This document shows positions 27,306 to 36,594 of a stretch of 64,000 bases of DNA, piece by piece; the first letter of the stretch is position 1; every line of letters begins with the position of its first letter. Origin of the DNA: Candidatus Staskawiczbacteria bacterium RIFOXYB1_FULL_38_37 (GTDB lineage Bacteria; Patescibacteriota; Minisyncoccia; Minisyncoccales; Staskawiczbacteraceae); assembly GCA_001822075.1 (NCBI GenBank), contig MHPK01000001.1:22757-86756 (forward strand), in the 5' to 3' direction. The notes under the pieces are model-generated. The model saw nothing but the letters and a program-made list of their open reading frames with translations. It had not been told where the DNA came from and did not search any database. A program made the translations under genes and the position numbers.

Positions 27306-28076
27306 CTATTTGCGGCGGAGGTAAGCCGCCAAACTGGTCAAAAGACCGATTGCCATCAACACGAAGGTTGACGGCTCAGGCACGGGCTCGGCGTATTCCG
27401 CGCCCATCGCTCGCGCCTCCTCAATCGTCGGCGCGATGAAACGGCCATACATGGTGTATTGGGCCGTCCAAGTCGGGGTCGAAGTGATGACTGGCGGATT
27501 TTCGTAACCGTCCGGGTACACCCAGTGGTCCTCCGTGCCTTCCATGTACATGAGGTCCGAGCCAAATAAGTCGCTAGGGTTGATGTTAAAATAACCATCC
27601 ACAGACATAGTCTGTGTTTTGGCATCGTCTGAACTGGATGGCCCAGATGCAACACCCAACCCGCCGCCGTAATTCGGATACTCATAACAATTGAAGTTCA
27701 GGCCGGCATTGATATCCAGCCCATCTTCAGAAACCGACTGGTGCCAATTCTGGCTTTGTGGACAATCCTCCGAAACTTCCCGCAAGCCTCGCACATAGCA
27801 TCTCGCGGTCCAGTAACTCGTGTCATACCAGTTGGTATAAAAGCTCCAACTAGCCGATTCGAAGCTATACAGCGCAGGGTCCAGCAAAATGTTGAAAGAC
27901 CCCCGCACACTGCCATCAGCTTCGTAAGAGTAAGAATTCCACTGGGGCATACCCGTACTCAGCGAGAAATAGCCACTTAATTGGTTCCCTCTGTCCTCGC
28001 TGATGGGTCCTCCTGCGCCGAAGGCCGAGCCAACAACGCACAAAACAACACAAATTGCCGAAATCATACCCTTCAT
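27306..28076 (-). CDS. Secreted PEP-CTERM-anchored protein (256 aa) in a GC-rich islet
   Basis: Start moved to MKGMISAICVVLCVVGSAFGAG (signal peptide), with AAGGAG upstream. The C-terminus VPEPSTFVLMAIGLLTSLAAYLRRK has the PEP motif, a TM helix and a basic tail. The many shadow ORFs in other frames reflect high G+C. Confidence 0.75.
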   Translation of the reverse strand: MKGMISAICVVLCVVGSAFGAGGPISEDRGNQLSGYFSLSTGMPQWNSYSYEADGSVRGSFNILLDPALYSFESASWSFYTNWYDTSYWTARCYVRGLREVSEDCPQSQNWHQSVSEDGLDINAGLNFNCYEYPNYGGGLGVASGPSSSDDAKTQTMSVDGYFNINPSDLFGSDLMYMEGTEDHWVYPDGYENPPVITSTPTWTAQYTMYGRFIAPTIEEARAMGAEYAEPVPEPSTFVLMAIGLLTSLAAYLRRK

Positions 28077-28295
28077 CTCAACTCTCCTTGTCTTTTGGAC
28101 CTTTTTGGTCCGGTTCAAGAAAAACAGAACCGTACATTCCTTACGCAAAACGCTTGTTCGAGCTTCAAAATATACCTCCTTTCTTGTATTTGAAGCTCTA
28201 ATTTTCAATGTTCACCTATATCCTTATCATATCATATTTAAGGCACCTTGTCAAGTATTCAAATTGTATGTTAATATGATAGTATAATAAAAGGC

Positions 28296-28745
28296 ATGAA
28301 GATTTATTCAGAAAACAAAAAGGCCTTATTTGATTATAATATCCTTGAAAATTTTGAAGCAGGGCTGGTTTTGTTCGGCCAGGAAGTAAAATCAATAAAA
28401 ACTGGGCATATCAATTTAGCCAGTTCTTATATTATATTAAAAAGCCAAGAGCCGTTTTTGGTGGGAGTAAAAGTGCCTCCATACCAGCCAAATAACGTCG
28501 GGTCTGACTATAATGACGAAAGGCAGAGAAAGCTTCTTTTAAACAAAAAAGAGATAAATTATTTAGTCGGGAAGACAAAAGTAAAGGGTTTTTCGCTCAT
28601 CCCCTTGAAAATTTATGAGAAGAATGGTAGAATAAAACTTGAATTCGGGTTAGCTAAGGGCAAAAAAAAATACGATAAAAAAGAGAAAATAAAGAAACGC
28701 GACGTTGAACGCGAGATAAACAGAGAGTTAAGTTCACGGGGATGA
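28296..28745 (+). CDS. smpB: SsrA-binding protein SmpB
   Basis: KKALFDYNILENFEAGLVLFGQEVKSIK and the GKKKYDKKEKIKKRD tail are typical SmpB features. Confidence 0.93.
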   Translation: MKIYSENKKALFDYNILENFEAGLVLFGQEVKSIKTGHINLASSYIILKSQEPFLVGVKVPPYQPNNVGSDYNDERQRKLLLNKKEINYLVGKTKVKGFSLIPLKIYEKNGRIKLEFGLAKGKKKYDKKEKIKKRDVEREINRELSSRG

Positions 28746-29084
28746 TTGTTTCGATGGATTGTTCTTTAAAATAAGGCAAGTTGAGCTTCCTTGGGGCTCT
28801 TTAATCTTTCAAGGAAAAACATAATTGCTAATTTATTTAATAAGCAACCTGCGTTAGCTTTCGCTTAATGCGGCATCTTCACCATTGACTCCTAATAAAT
28901 GAATGAAGGTGTTATATTATTAGGATAGGAAATTTTATTCCTCGGGGAATTTCCGAGATTTACGAGGATAAGGCATTAAAAATTTTGTTAGTTTTCTATT
29001 TAATGCTCGAACATCAAAACTGACTAAACTTGTAGAATTATTTTAAAAAACTTTCTAGACGAGGATTCACCTCCTCCATCTCCA
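28738..29084 (+). ncRNA. ssrA: tmRNA (ssrA), tag peptide ANLFNKQPALAFA
   Basis: The 5' GGGGATGATTGTTTCGA pairs with the 3' CATCTCC+A. T-arm GAGGA/TCCTC. Resume codon GCT at 28827 and tag ORF 28827-28868 ending TAA. Lies adjacent to smpB. Confidence 0.85.
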
Positions 29085-29106
29085 CAAATAAAATTTAATA
29101 AATTCA

Positions 29107-29613
29107 TTGAATAAAGTTTTAATCAACAATTTTATAAGGGCAAAAGAGGTAAGGGTAATTGACGAAACCGGCAAACAGCTTGGGATAATAAATATATTTG
29201 AGGCAATTGATTTAGCAAAATCAAAAGGCTTAGATTTAATACAGGTTACAGAAAAAGTTGAGCCCCCCATCTGCAAAATTGCAAACTACGGAAAATACCT
29301 TTATGCTCTGCAGAAAAAAGAAAAAAAAATGGCAAAGCCAAAAGGCGGAGAGTTAAAAGAAATAAGATTAACTTTTAATATTTCACCTCACGACATGGAA
29401 GTGCGCGCCAAGCAGGCAGAAAAATTTTTGAAAAGCGGAGATAAAGTAAAAATATCTTTAGTGCTAAGAGGAAGAGAAAAAGCCATGGGAAATTTTGCCA
29501 AAGAAAAAGTATATAAATTTGCAGAAAATATTAACAGCTTAATGCCTATCAAAACTGAACGCGATTTAAAAAGAGAGCCAAGAGGGTTCACAATGATAGT
29601 ATCAAAACAATAA
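29107..29613 (+). CDS. infC: Translation initiation factor IF-3 (non-ATG, TTG start as drawn)
   Basis: INNFIRAKEVRVIDETGKQLGI...AKSKGLDLIQV...PPICKIANYGKY is canonical IF-3. Sits at the head of the infC-rpmI-rplT order. Confidence 0.9.
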   Translation: MNKVLINNFIRAKEVRVIDETGKQLGIINIFEAIDLAKSKGLDLIQVTEKVEPPICKIANYGKYLYALQKKEKKMAKPKGGELKEIRLTFNISPHDMEVRAKQAEKFLKSGDKVKISLVLRGREKAMGNFAKEKVYKFAENINSLMPIKTERDLKREPRGFTMIVSKQ

Positions 29614-29616
29614 ACT

Positions 29617-29808
29617 ATGTCAGCAAAAACCAAAAAAGCTATAATCAAACGTTTTAAAATAACCAAAAACGGAAAAATTTTAAGAAGATTGTCCGGGCAA
29701 AACCACTATAGGTCAAAAAAAAGCGGAGAAAGAAAAAGAAAAGGTCGCAAATGGATTTTGCTTTCAAAAGGCGAAGCAAAAAGATTAAGAAAATACATTT
29801 CAGTATGA
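29617..29808 (+). CDS. rpmI: 50S ribosomal protein L35
   Basis: KTKKAIIKRFKITKNGKILRR and operon position. Confidence 0.9.
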   Translation: MSAKTKKAIIKRFKITKNGKILRRLSGQNHYRSKKSGERKRKGRKWILLSKGEAKRLRKYISV

Positions 29809-30152
29809 GCAGAGTAAAAAGAGCCGTACAAGCGAGAAAGCACAGAAAGCATTTAATGAAACATGCCAAGGGTTTTAAATACGGCAGAAAATCAAAATTC
29901 AAACTGGCAAAAGAAGCATTAAGGCACGCATGGACTTATGCATACAGAGACAGAAAAGCAAAAAAAAGAAATTTTAGAAATTTGTGGAATTTGCAGATAA
30001 ACGCGCTCGCCCGCCAAAATGGAGTTACATACAGCCAGCTAATACACGGATTAAAAACTAAAAAAATAGAACTGGACAGAAAGGTATTATCTGAATTAGC
30101 AAAAGAGTACCCTGAAATTTTTGTAAAAATATTAGAAAAAACTAAAAGTTAA
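29805..30152 (+). CDS. rplT: 50S ribosomal protein L20
   Basis: Start moved to MSRVKRAVQARKHRKHLMKHAKGFKYGRK, giving an ATGA overlap with the rpmI stop. Confidence 0.93.
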   Translation: MSRVKRAVQARKHRKHLMKHAKGFKYGRKSKFKLAKEALRHAWTYAYRDRKAKKRNFRNLWNLQINALARQNGVTYSQLIHGLKTKKIELDRKVLSELAKEYPEIFVKILEKTKS

Positions 30153-30160
30153 ATAATAAC

Positions 30161-30196
30161 AAAAAATCCCCCCGCCAAAGGCGGGGGGATTTTTTA
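30161..30196. terminator. Bidirectional terminator between rplT and the NUDIX gene
   Basis: aaaaaatccccccgcc-aaa-ggcggggggatttttt. Confidence 0.8.
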
Positions 30197-30649
30197 ATTT
30201 CTGATTTTTTCAATAAATTCGTGCGCTTTTTTAAATAAAATTTTTGAGTTTTTATATGTTATTTTTTTAAGGGCATCCGGATACTCAAGCCATACAAAGC
30301 CATCGTGCTCAGCTGAAAGCTTAATTTCTTTTGTTTTTGTTTCTGCAATAAAAAAAGTAACCAGTTTAAAAATCCATGCCGGATTTTTTTGCTTTTGCCT
30401 TGTTTCTCTAAAAAAATATTTAATATGTTCTTTAAACCCAGGAATTATCTTTATATCTTCTAAACCGGTTTCTTCAGCAACTTCTCTTTTAACAGTCTTT
30501 TCATAATCTTCGCCTTCTTCTATGTGGCCTTTAGCAAACTCCCAATGCCCGCCCTTTTTGTTTATTCCAGGGTAATGCAATAGAAGATAATATTTTTTAT
30601 TATCTTCTATTCTAAAAATTATAGCTCCTGCTGATTTTTCTCGTGGCAT
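30194..30649 (-). CDS. NUDIX hydrolase
   Basis: Nudix box GHWEFAKGHIEEGEDYEKTVKREVAEETGL (GX5EX7REUXEEXGU). Confidence 0.85.
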   Translation of the reverse strand: MPREKSAGAIIFRIEDNKKYYLLLHYPGINKKGGHWEFAKGHIEEGEDYEKTVKREVAEETGLEDIKIIPGFKEHIKYFFRETRQKQKNPAWIFKLVTFFIAETKTKEIKLSAEHDGFVWLEYPDALKKITYKNSKILFKKAHEFIEKIRN

Positions 30650-30690
30650 TAAATGAAATTAATTAAATCATTATACCAGTTTTTTAAAAT

Positions 30691-30717
30691 AAAATCCCGC
30701 ATAGGAGGCGGGATTTT
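30691..30717 (-). terminator. Terminator after the 1102-aa gene
   Basis: aaaatcccgc-ataggag-gcgggatttt, followed by a T-rich run on the minus strand. Confidence 0.65.
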
Positions 30718-30735
30718 ATTTTAAATAGACAAGTT

Positions 30736-33700
30736 TTATCTGTTATTTAACATTGCTTTTATTTGCTCAAATATCTTTGCGAGCGCATCAGAAATGGAGG
30801 CCAATGAATTATCATTTGTATTATAGCTGGTTATACATGGACTCGTTGTCTCGCTTAGTTTTTGCTGGCACCATGTTTCATTTGTCTGGTTTGCCGCATA
30901 AAAAGATAAATCGCCAAGCCCGATTTCGCCGTCCTTGTCTACATCTGCTGCCGGATTATACAAAGTCAATCCGCATTTTGTTTTGTAGCTATTTTGTATT
31001 TTAGTATACAACTGATTACAATAGTTTGTTGCGGAAGTTGTAGCACTGGCAGCGCACGGGCTTGTTGTGACGTTTAGTTTTTCTTTGCACCAGTTCTCGT
31101 TTGTTTTGTTATCCGAGTATAAACCTAAATCCAAGAAGCCAACGTTCTTATCTTTATCTATGTCGGCTGACGCATCGTATGCTGAGTCACCGCATTTTTT
31201 TCCATAGCTTGCTGTTATTTTTTCATACAGCTGAAAACAATAGTTCGTTAAAACTGAACTTGTGATGGTAAAATAGTTGTCGCTGTAATCCTGCGCCGCT
31301 GTTCCCCCATAAGAAACTAACATCAAGTTATAGGTCCCTCCAGAAATATCAGAAGGAATTGTCCATTGATAACTGCCACTGTTTGGTATATTTAGCGCGA
31401 TATTTTTGAGATATGCAGCCCCTGTTGCGCCCGGATTAAGTAAATTTATAGAAACACCCATGCTCCCAAAATTGGAAGTTGTCCACGTGATATTATGCGT
31501 TTCGCCGATATTCCATGTTTCTCCGCCGTTGGGTGAGGTCACAGTAATTGAGGGCTGGGTGTTTGTAACCGGAACCCAAACTATTTGACTTACTGATGTG
31601 TTCTGCGCGTTGTTAAAACATTGTATGCCTATTTGTAATGGACTCGTATAACCATAATTTTTATGATCGGCTATTAAAACTCTACTTCCCGAAGCCGGCA
31701 AGTTGTGTAAATCAGTCCAATAACCGCTGCCATCAACCAAAGGAACATAATGTCCATAAGCTGCGCAATTATCTGCGCCGGTTGAAGTCCAAGAAACAGT
31801 AAACTGTGATTTATACAAAATACTTTCTGGCGAGCTTGACCCATTTGCTTTTATATCAACACTAAATGGTGTCGTTGTTGAAACAATTTTGAAATACGAA
31901 TCGCTGGCGTCAAATAAAAGAACATCTCCTATGTAACTTTTAATCTCTAATGTATATGCTCCCTCTGGCACAGAAGACGGTATTGTTATAACTTCTTGCC
32001 CGTCATTCAAAACACCTTCAACTAAATTATATTCCTGTCCATTTGGATATGCTCTTAATCTAATCAAGTTAAATTTTTCAGATGACGACACATTGGCCGT
32101 TTTCCAATTAACGGTAATACTGCCCCCCAATTTATATGTTTCCCCGCCGTTGGGAGAAGTCACAGTAATCGACGGCTGGGTGGAAATGCAGGGGTTTGTG
32201 GTGTCATTCAGCTTTTCTTTGCACCAGGTCTCATTTGTTTTATTTTCTCCATAAAAGCCGTTATCAAGCAGGTCAACTGTTTTGTCTTTGTTTAAATCAG
32301 CTACAGGATCGTAAGCCGTGTCTCCGCACTTCTTTTGCCAGCTATCGCCTATTCTGCCAAGCAATAAGAAACAACTCCCGCTGTTATTTGAACCTGAGCT
32401 AATGGTAAAATAGTTATCACTAAAATCCTGTGAAGAAGGATTAGAGGTTAGCGTTCCATCGGGACTACAATAGCGTTCAGTACCTTTTTCTCCACAAAAA
32501 ACTCTTAATTTGTAAGTATCGGGTTCAATAGTATTAGAAATTGTCCAACTTACGCTACCCGTGTTATCAATTTCGCTAAAAATATAATAGTTGTGCGCAA
32601 CGGTTGTGCCATTTAATTGCATAGTTATCGTACCATTAGAAGGAAAATTCAATCCAGTCCACGTTATCTTATGAGTTTCACCTTGTTTCCATGTTTCTCC
32701 GCCATTGGGCGAGGTTACAGTAATTGATGGCTGATTAGCTTGCGAATCACACTTTACTTCTCCTTCTGCATCAATAATTTGCTGTATAGAGATATTCTTT
32801 AAATTTCCCGATATTGTTGTCCCAGACTGTATGTACTTTGTGTCATAATCAGAAACAATCAATTTAATCGGGCCAACTTCATCTTTAGAGATTAGGCCCA
32901 TTAAATATAAATCTAGATTAGAATACCCATGTTTATAATCTGTAATTGTTTTTGCAGTAAAAGTGCCGTCTCCATTATCTGTCCAAGAAAATCCATTTAA
33001 TAAATCATAACCAGTTTCAAGTTTTTTATCCCAGTGAGCCATATTGTATGGATTTCTTAAAGCACCACTTTTTTGACCATCATCGTCAACAAATTTTACG
33101 TAAGCACCCCATTGGTGAGAAGTTTCGTGCAGTATGGCGTTCACCGCAAGATCTTGGTATTCAACGTTATAATAATTATCTATATTTTTTAGCCAATTAA
33201 CCCCAAGCAAGTTTCCTCCGCTTCCATAATAATTTGTATTATCGAAAATACTAAGTCCTATACCACTTACATCATTTTTTACTAGAATATGATATTGAGT
33301 GCCGGCATCATCATAAGTATTAAATATAGTTAAAAAATGAAAATCGTCAGAATTTTGTTTATAGAATTCTTTTACTATATTTTCTACTGATGAGTCATTA
33401 TTCATTTTTATAACTTTGACGGGGTAAGATACATCCAAAGACGCCAATCCTTTTGTAGCCCAACTGAACGTTTCTGATGCCTCTTGTTTTAAAACATTTA
33501 TTTTGCTTACATCTTCATTTGTAGCTATATTGCCTGAATTTTCAACTAATACAAAAGCCATTTTATATTCTTTTATCCCACAAACTGAAGACGTCACTTG
33601 CTGAGTTGAGCAGCCGTAAAGTTGGTTTAATTTTGCCCTGGTGCTTTTGCCAACATAGCCTGTGCCATGGGTTAAGCCGTAGGGAGCTAAAATTTCCGAG

Positions 33701-34044
33701 GCATATTTCTCCTGAAATTCAACAACTGCGGAAGCAACCATTTCATCGAAAGAATCACCGTCGATAAAAGTTGACGAAAAGAGGCTCTCTAACTTCAAAA
33801 CATATACAAGTTGATTAACGTCCTGTCCAAAGTCGTCAATTTTTAAATTTTTATTAAAAGTGTGGCACCATGTTTGAGTTGTGTCTTGTTGCGATTTGAG
33901 CGCATTTAACTGCGCAATAAGCTGGGTAATTTGCGCTTGAAGCTGGGTAATTAACGTTGAATTATCTACGGCCTTAACAGAGCCAGCAGAACACAAAATC
34001 ACTGTTGCTAAAACGGCTGTAATTAGGAGAGACTTAATTTTCAT
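30736..34044 (-). CDS. Large secreted modular protein (1102 aa): PG-binding domain, HExxH zincin-like region, four Ig-like PSITVTSPNGGET modules, three dockerin/EF-hand-like Cys modules
   Basis: Signal peptide MKIKSLLITAVLATVILCSAGSVKA. PG_binding_1-like segment (GQDVNQLVYVL...AVVEFQEKY...GYVGKSTRAKLNQLY). The ILHETSHQWG motif. Ca-loop-like DLNKDKTVD, DIDKDKNVG and DVDKDGEIG, each in a C...C...C module. Confidence 0.75.
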   Translation of the reverse strand: MKIKSLLITAVLATVILCSAGSVKAVDNSTLITQLQAQITQLIAQLNALKSQQDTTQTWCHTFNKNLKIDDFGQDVNQLVYVLKLESLFSSTFIDGDSFDEMVASAVVEFQEKYASEILAPYGLTHGTGYVGKSTRAKLNQLYGCSTQQVTSSVCGIKEYKMAFVLVENSGNIATNEDVSKINVLKQEASETFSWATKGLASLDVSYPVKVIKMNNDSSVENIVKEFYKQNSDDFHFLTIFNTYDDAGTQYHILVKNDVSGIGLSIFDNTNYYGSGGNLLGVNWLKNIDNYYNVEYQDLAVNAILHETSHQWGAYVKFVDDDGQKSGALRNPYNMAHWDKKLETGYDLLNGFSWTDNGDGTFTAKTITDYKHGYSNLDLYLMGLISKDEVGPIKLIVSDYDTKYIQSGTTISGNLKNISIQQIIDAEGEVKCDSQANQPSITVTSPNGGETWKQGETHKITWTGLNFPSNGTITMQLNGTTVAHNYYIFSEIDNTGSVSWTISNTIEPDTYKLRVFCGEKGTERYCSPDGTLTSNPSSQDFSDNYFTISSGSNNSGSCFLLLGRIGDSWQKKCGDTAYDPVADLNKDKTVDLLDNGFYGENKTNETWCKEKLNDTTNPCISTQPSITVTSPNGGETYKLGGSITVNWKTANVSSSEKFNLIRLRAYPNGQEYNLVEGVLNDGQEVITIPSSVPEGAYTLEIKSYIGDVLLFDASDSYFKIVSTTTPFSVDIKANGSSSPESILYKSQFTVSWTSTGADNCAAYGHYVPLVDGSGYWTDLHNLPASGSRVLIADHKNYGYTSPLQIGIQCFNNAQNTSVSQIVWVPVTNTQPSITVTSPNGGETWNIGETHNITWTTSNFGSMGVSINLLNPGATGAAYLKNIALNIPNSGSYQWTIPSDISGGTYNLMLVSYGGTAAQDYSDNYFTITSSVLTNYCFQLYEKITASYGKKCGDSAYDASADIDKDKNVGFLDLGLYSDNKTNENWCKEKLNVTTSPCAASATTSATNYCNQLYTKIQNSYKTKCGLTLYNPAADVDKDGEIGLGDLSFYAANQTNETWCQQKLSETTSPCITSYNTNDNSLASISDALAKIFEQIKAMLNNR

Positions 34045-34176
34045 ATTAAATTATTAACCGACTATTAAAAATTAAATAATTAAAAATTATTTAAAAATTA
34101 AAAATTGGAAATTAAAAATTTTAACTGATTATTACTTAATAATACCCCCCCCGTAAAAAAACACAACAGCTGTCAA

Positions 34177-35901
34177 CTATTTAAAATATTTTAATAATTC
34201 TTCAACTGGCAGGGTGTTTATAATATCTGATTTTTCTGCCCATCCGCGGCGCGCCATTGAAACCCCGTATTCCATTAAATTTAATTGTTCTTTCTGGTGC
34301 GAGTCAGTATTTATTATCATTTTTATTCCTTGATTTTTAGCGCGCCTTATATATAAATCGCGCAAATCCAATCTGTCGGGAGAGGAATTAATTTCTAAAA
34401 TAGTCCCAGTTTCTTTTGCGACTTCTAAAATCTTATCAAAATCTAATTGATACTCGTCTCTTTTTCCAATGAGCCTGCCTGTCGGATGAGAAATAATATC
34501 TATATTAGGATTTCTCATTGCTTTTATCAGCCTTTGAGTCATTTCCTGCTTTGGCATTTTTAAACTTGAATGCGCGCCGGCAATCACATAATCTAATTTC
34601 TCCAAAACATCGTCTTTAATATCAACGTTTCCGTCGTTCATTATATTTGCCTCGCAGCCGTGCAGTATTCTGAATTTGGAATTTTGAATTTGGAATTTTG
34701 AATTTAATTTTTCTATTTCTTTATGTTGGTCTAATAATTGTTTTTCATTTAATCCATGTTCAATGCGTAAAAATTTTGTATGGTCTGAAATACCGATATA
34801 TTCATAGCCTGCATCTATGGCTGATTTTGCCATTTGCTCAATTGAATTTTCTCCGCCGTCCCAATCTGAATGACAGTGCAAATCTCCCTTAATATCTTTT
34901 AATTCAATAATTTTTGGCAATTCTCCTTTTAAAGCTGCTTCAATTTCTCCTTCATTTTCTCTTAATTCCGGCTCAATATATGGCAAGCCAATAGCCTTAT
35001 AGACATCTTCTTCTGTTTTTCCTGCAATTTGTTTTTTGTCCCTGAATACCCCGTACTCTGAAAGCTTCAACCCCTTATTAATAGCAATACGTCTTGTTGC
35101 CACATTGTGGTCTTTGTTTCCTGTAAAATATTGTAAAGCTGACCCATAGCTTTTTTGAGGCACAATTCTTATATCAATATCAAACCCCTCTTTTATTCTT
35201 ACAGATGATTTTGTCGGTCCTTTTGCCCAAACTTTTTCAACTCCGTCTAATTTAACAAAAAAATCCATAACTTTTTTTGGATTTTCTGAAACGGCCAAAA
35301 TATCAACGTCGCCAATTGTTTCTTTTCTTCTTCTCACAGAGCCCGCCAAACTGATTTTTTCAACTTCTTTTAAGTTTTTTAATTTTTCAACAACATTTCT
35401 TGCCGCCGGCAAAATCTTTCCCAATAGAAACCTTCCCTTGTCCCTTTTCAAAAACTCCAAACCCTGTAAAATATTCTTTTCTGTTTTTTCGCCAAACCCG
35501 AAAAGCGGAGCTATTTTATGGGCTTTGGCTGCTTTTTCTAAATCTTTTAAATTTTTAACTCCTAATTTTTGATAAAGAACTTTAGCCTTTCTGGCTCCCA
35601 TGCCCTCAACTCTTACTAAGCCATCTAAATCAATAGGCAATTTCTTTTTCTGCGCCTCATAATGTTTTATTCTCCCTGTTTTTAAATATTCTTCTATATG
35701 GTCCGCAATCGCCTTGCCTACGCCAGGTATCTCCATTAAAGCTTTTACTCCGCCTTTTTTGTAAATATCTCCCACATACTCTGAAAGCGACTCTAAAGAC
35801 ATGGCAGCTCTTTCATACGCATAAGGCTTAAAGGCCACTCTTTCCATTCTAAGAAATCTTGCCATATCATTAAAAATTTTAGCTATCTCCTGATTCCTCA
35901 T
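34177..35901 (-). CDS. polX: Family X DNA polymerase with C-terminal PHP domain (PolX)
   Basis: HhH motifs (GVGKAIADHI, GMGARKAKVLY), the NT core GSVRRRKETIGDVDIL and the PHP motif DLHCHSDWDGG...HP. Confidence 0.9.
   Translation of the reverse strand: MRNQEIAKIFNDMARFLRMERVAFKPYAYERAAMSLESLSEYVGDIYKKGGVKALMEIPGVGKAIADHIEEYLKTGRIKHYEAQKKKLPIDLDGLVRVEGMGARKAKVLYQKLGVKNLKDLEKAAKAHKIAPLFGFGEKTEKNILQGLEFLKRDKGRFLLGKILPAARNVVEKLKNLKEVEKISLAGSVRRRKETIGDVDILAVSENPKKVMDFFVKLDGVEKVWAKGPTKSSVRIKEGFDIDIRIVPQKSYGSALQYFTGNKDHNVATRRIAINKGLKLSEYGVFRDKKQIAGKTEEDVYKAIGLPYIEPELRENEGEIEAALKGELPKIIELKDIKGDLHCHSDWDGGENSIEQMAKSAIDAGYEYIGISDHTKFLRIEHGLNEKQLLDQHKEIEKLNSKFQIQNSKFRILHGCEANIMNDGNVDIKDDVLEKLDYVIAGAHSSLKMPKQEMTQRLIKAMRNPNIDIISHPTGRLIGKRDEYQLDFDKILEVAKETGTILEINSSPDRLDLRDLYIRRAKNQGIKMIINTDSHQKEQLNLMEYGVSMARRGWAEKSDIINTLPVEELLKYFK
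34669..34705. repeat. AT-rich 7/8-nt tandem array (gaatttg gaattttg)x2.3, in frame in polX
   Basis: tctgaatttggaattttgaatttggaattttgaattt translates on the minus strand as KFQIQNSKFRI within the PHP domain region. Confidence 0.8.
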
Positions 35902-35913
35902 AAAATAATATGA

Positions 35914-36570
35914 TTATGGACCCACAACAGGTTTTTCTATGTGCATAGCGCCGCCTTCTTTGGTTTTTGGATAAATTGAATCTTTAATAAATATAAGCAA
36001 AATTGCAGACAAAACGTTTAATAGGGCTGCAAAAACAAAAACTGCTTTAAAGCCGAATGAGGCAGCTATTAATCCGCCTATCCCTCCCGCTATTCCGGCC
36101 CCGGCTCCAATAGATGTTGCTTCTATGCTCCACTCAAAAGCCTCTTTGCCTTTGTCTATGTGGCGGGTAAAAATAGCCAGCCACGAAGGCAAAGCCATTG
36201 CCATTCCCGCAGCATGGATGACTTGAAAAAAATATATATGCCACGGAACTGAAGAAAAAATATATCCCACAGGAACCAAGGCTGTAATAAACGTGCCTAT
36301 AACCATAAACCAAAAATCGTCTTTTTCGCCATATTTTTTATCCAAATACCAGCCGATAGGTATTTCAAAAATAGATTTTGTTATCCAATAAAATAATGCT
36401 GAAAACCCTGCCACTTCCACGGCTTTTGCCGAATTGCCCGCTGTAATGCTTTCTAAAATGAATATGGCAAAAATTGGAGACAAAAGCCCCCATCCCAGAT
36501 TTAAAAAAAAGTCGCTGGCTATTAAAATTTTAATTATTTTGTTAAATAGTGCTGGCATAAAAAAGCCCAT
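35914..36570 (-). CDS. Polytopic membrane protein (about six TM, MFS-half-like)
   Basis: Called from the hydrophobicity pattern only. No specific family motif. Confidence 0.5.
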   Translation of the reverse strand: MGFFMPALFNKIIKILIASDFFLNLGWGLLSPIFAIFILESITAGNSAKAVEVAGFSALFYWITKSIFEIPIGWYLDKKYGEKDDFWFMVIGTFITALVPVGYIFSSVPWHIYFFQVIHAAGMAMALPSWLAIFTRHIDKGKEAFEWSIEATSIGAGAGIAGGIGGLIAASFGFKAVFVFAALLNVLSAILLIFIKDSIYPKTKEGGAMHIEKPVVGP

Positions 36571-36594
36571 TAAGGGCTTTTAAAAATTATCGGC

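Noticed and set aside
27356-28287. Several 70-110-aa ORFs in alternative frames across the PEP-CTERM gene
   Set aside because: High G+C removes stops in all frames. Only the frame with a signal peptide, an SD site and the PEP-CTERM tail is coherent.
27049-28290. Assembly chimera or contamination as an explanation for the GC-rich PEP-CTERM islet
   Set aside because: This cannot be excluded without reads. However, both junctions are seamless, the gene has a local-style SD and terminator, and the flanks on both sides are the same AT-rich genome. It is therefore reported as a probable horizontal acquisition.
29067-29276. 69-aa minus-strand ORF
   Set aside because: It overlaps the tmRNA 3' end and the infC 5' end in antisense. 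Spurious.
28743-29808. Alternative genetic code (UGA recoding as in some CPR lineages)
   Set aside because: TGA terminates smpB and rpmI at the expected protein lengths, and conserved genes are not interrupted by TGA. The standard code fits.
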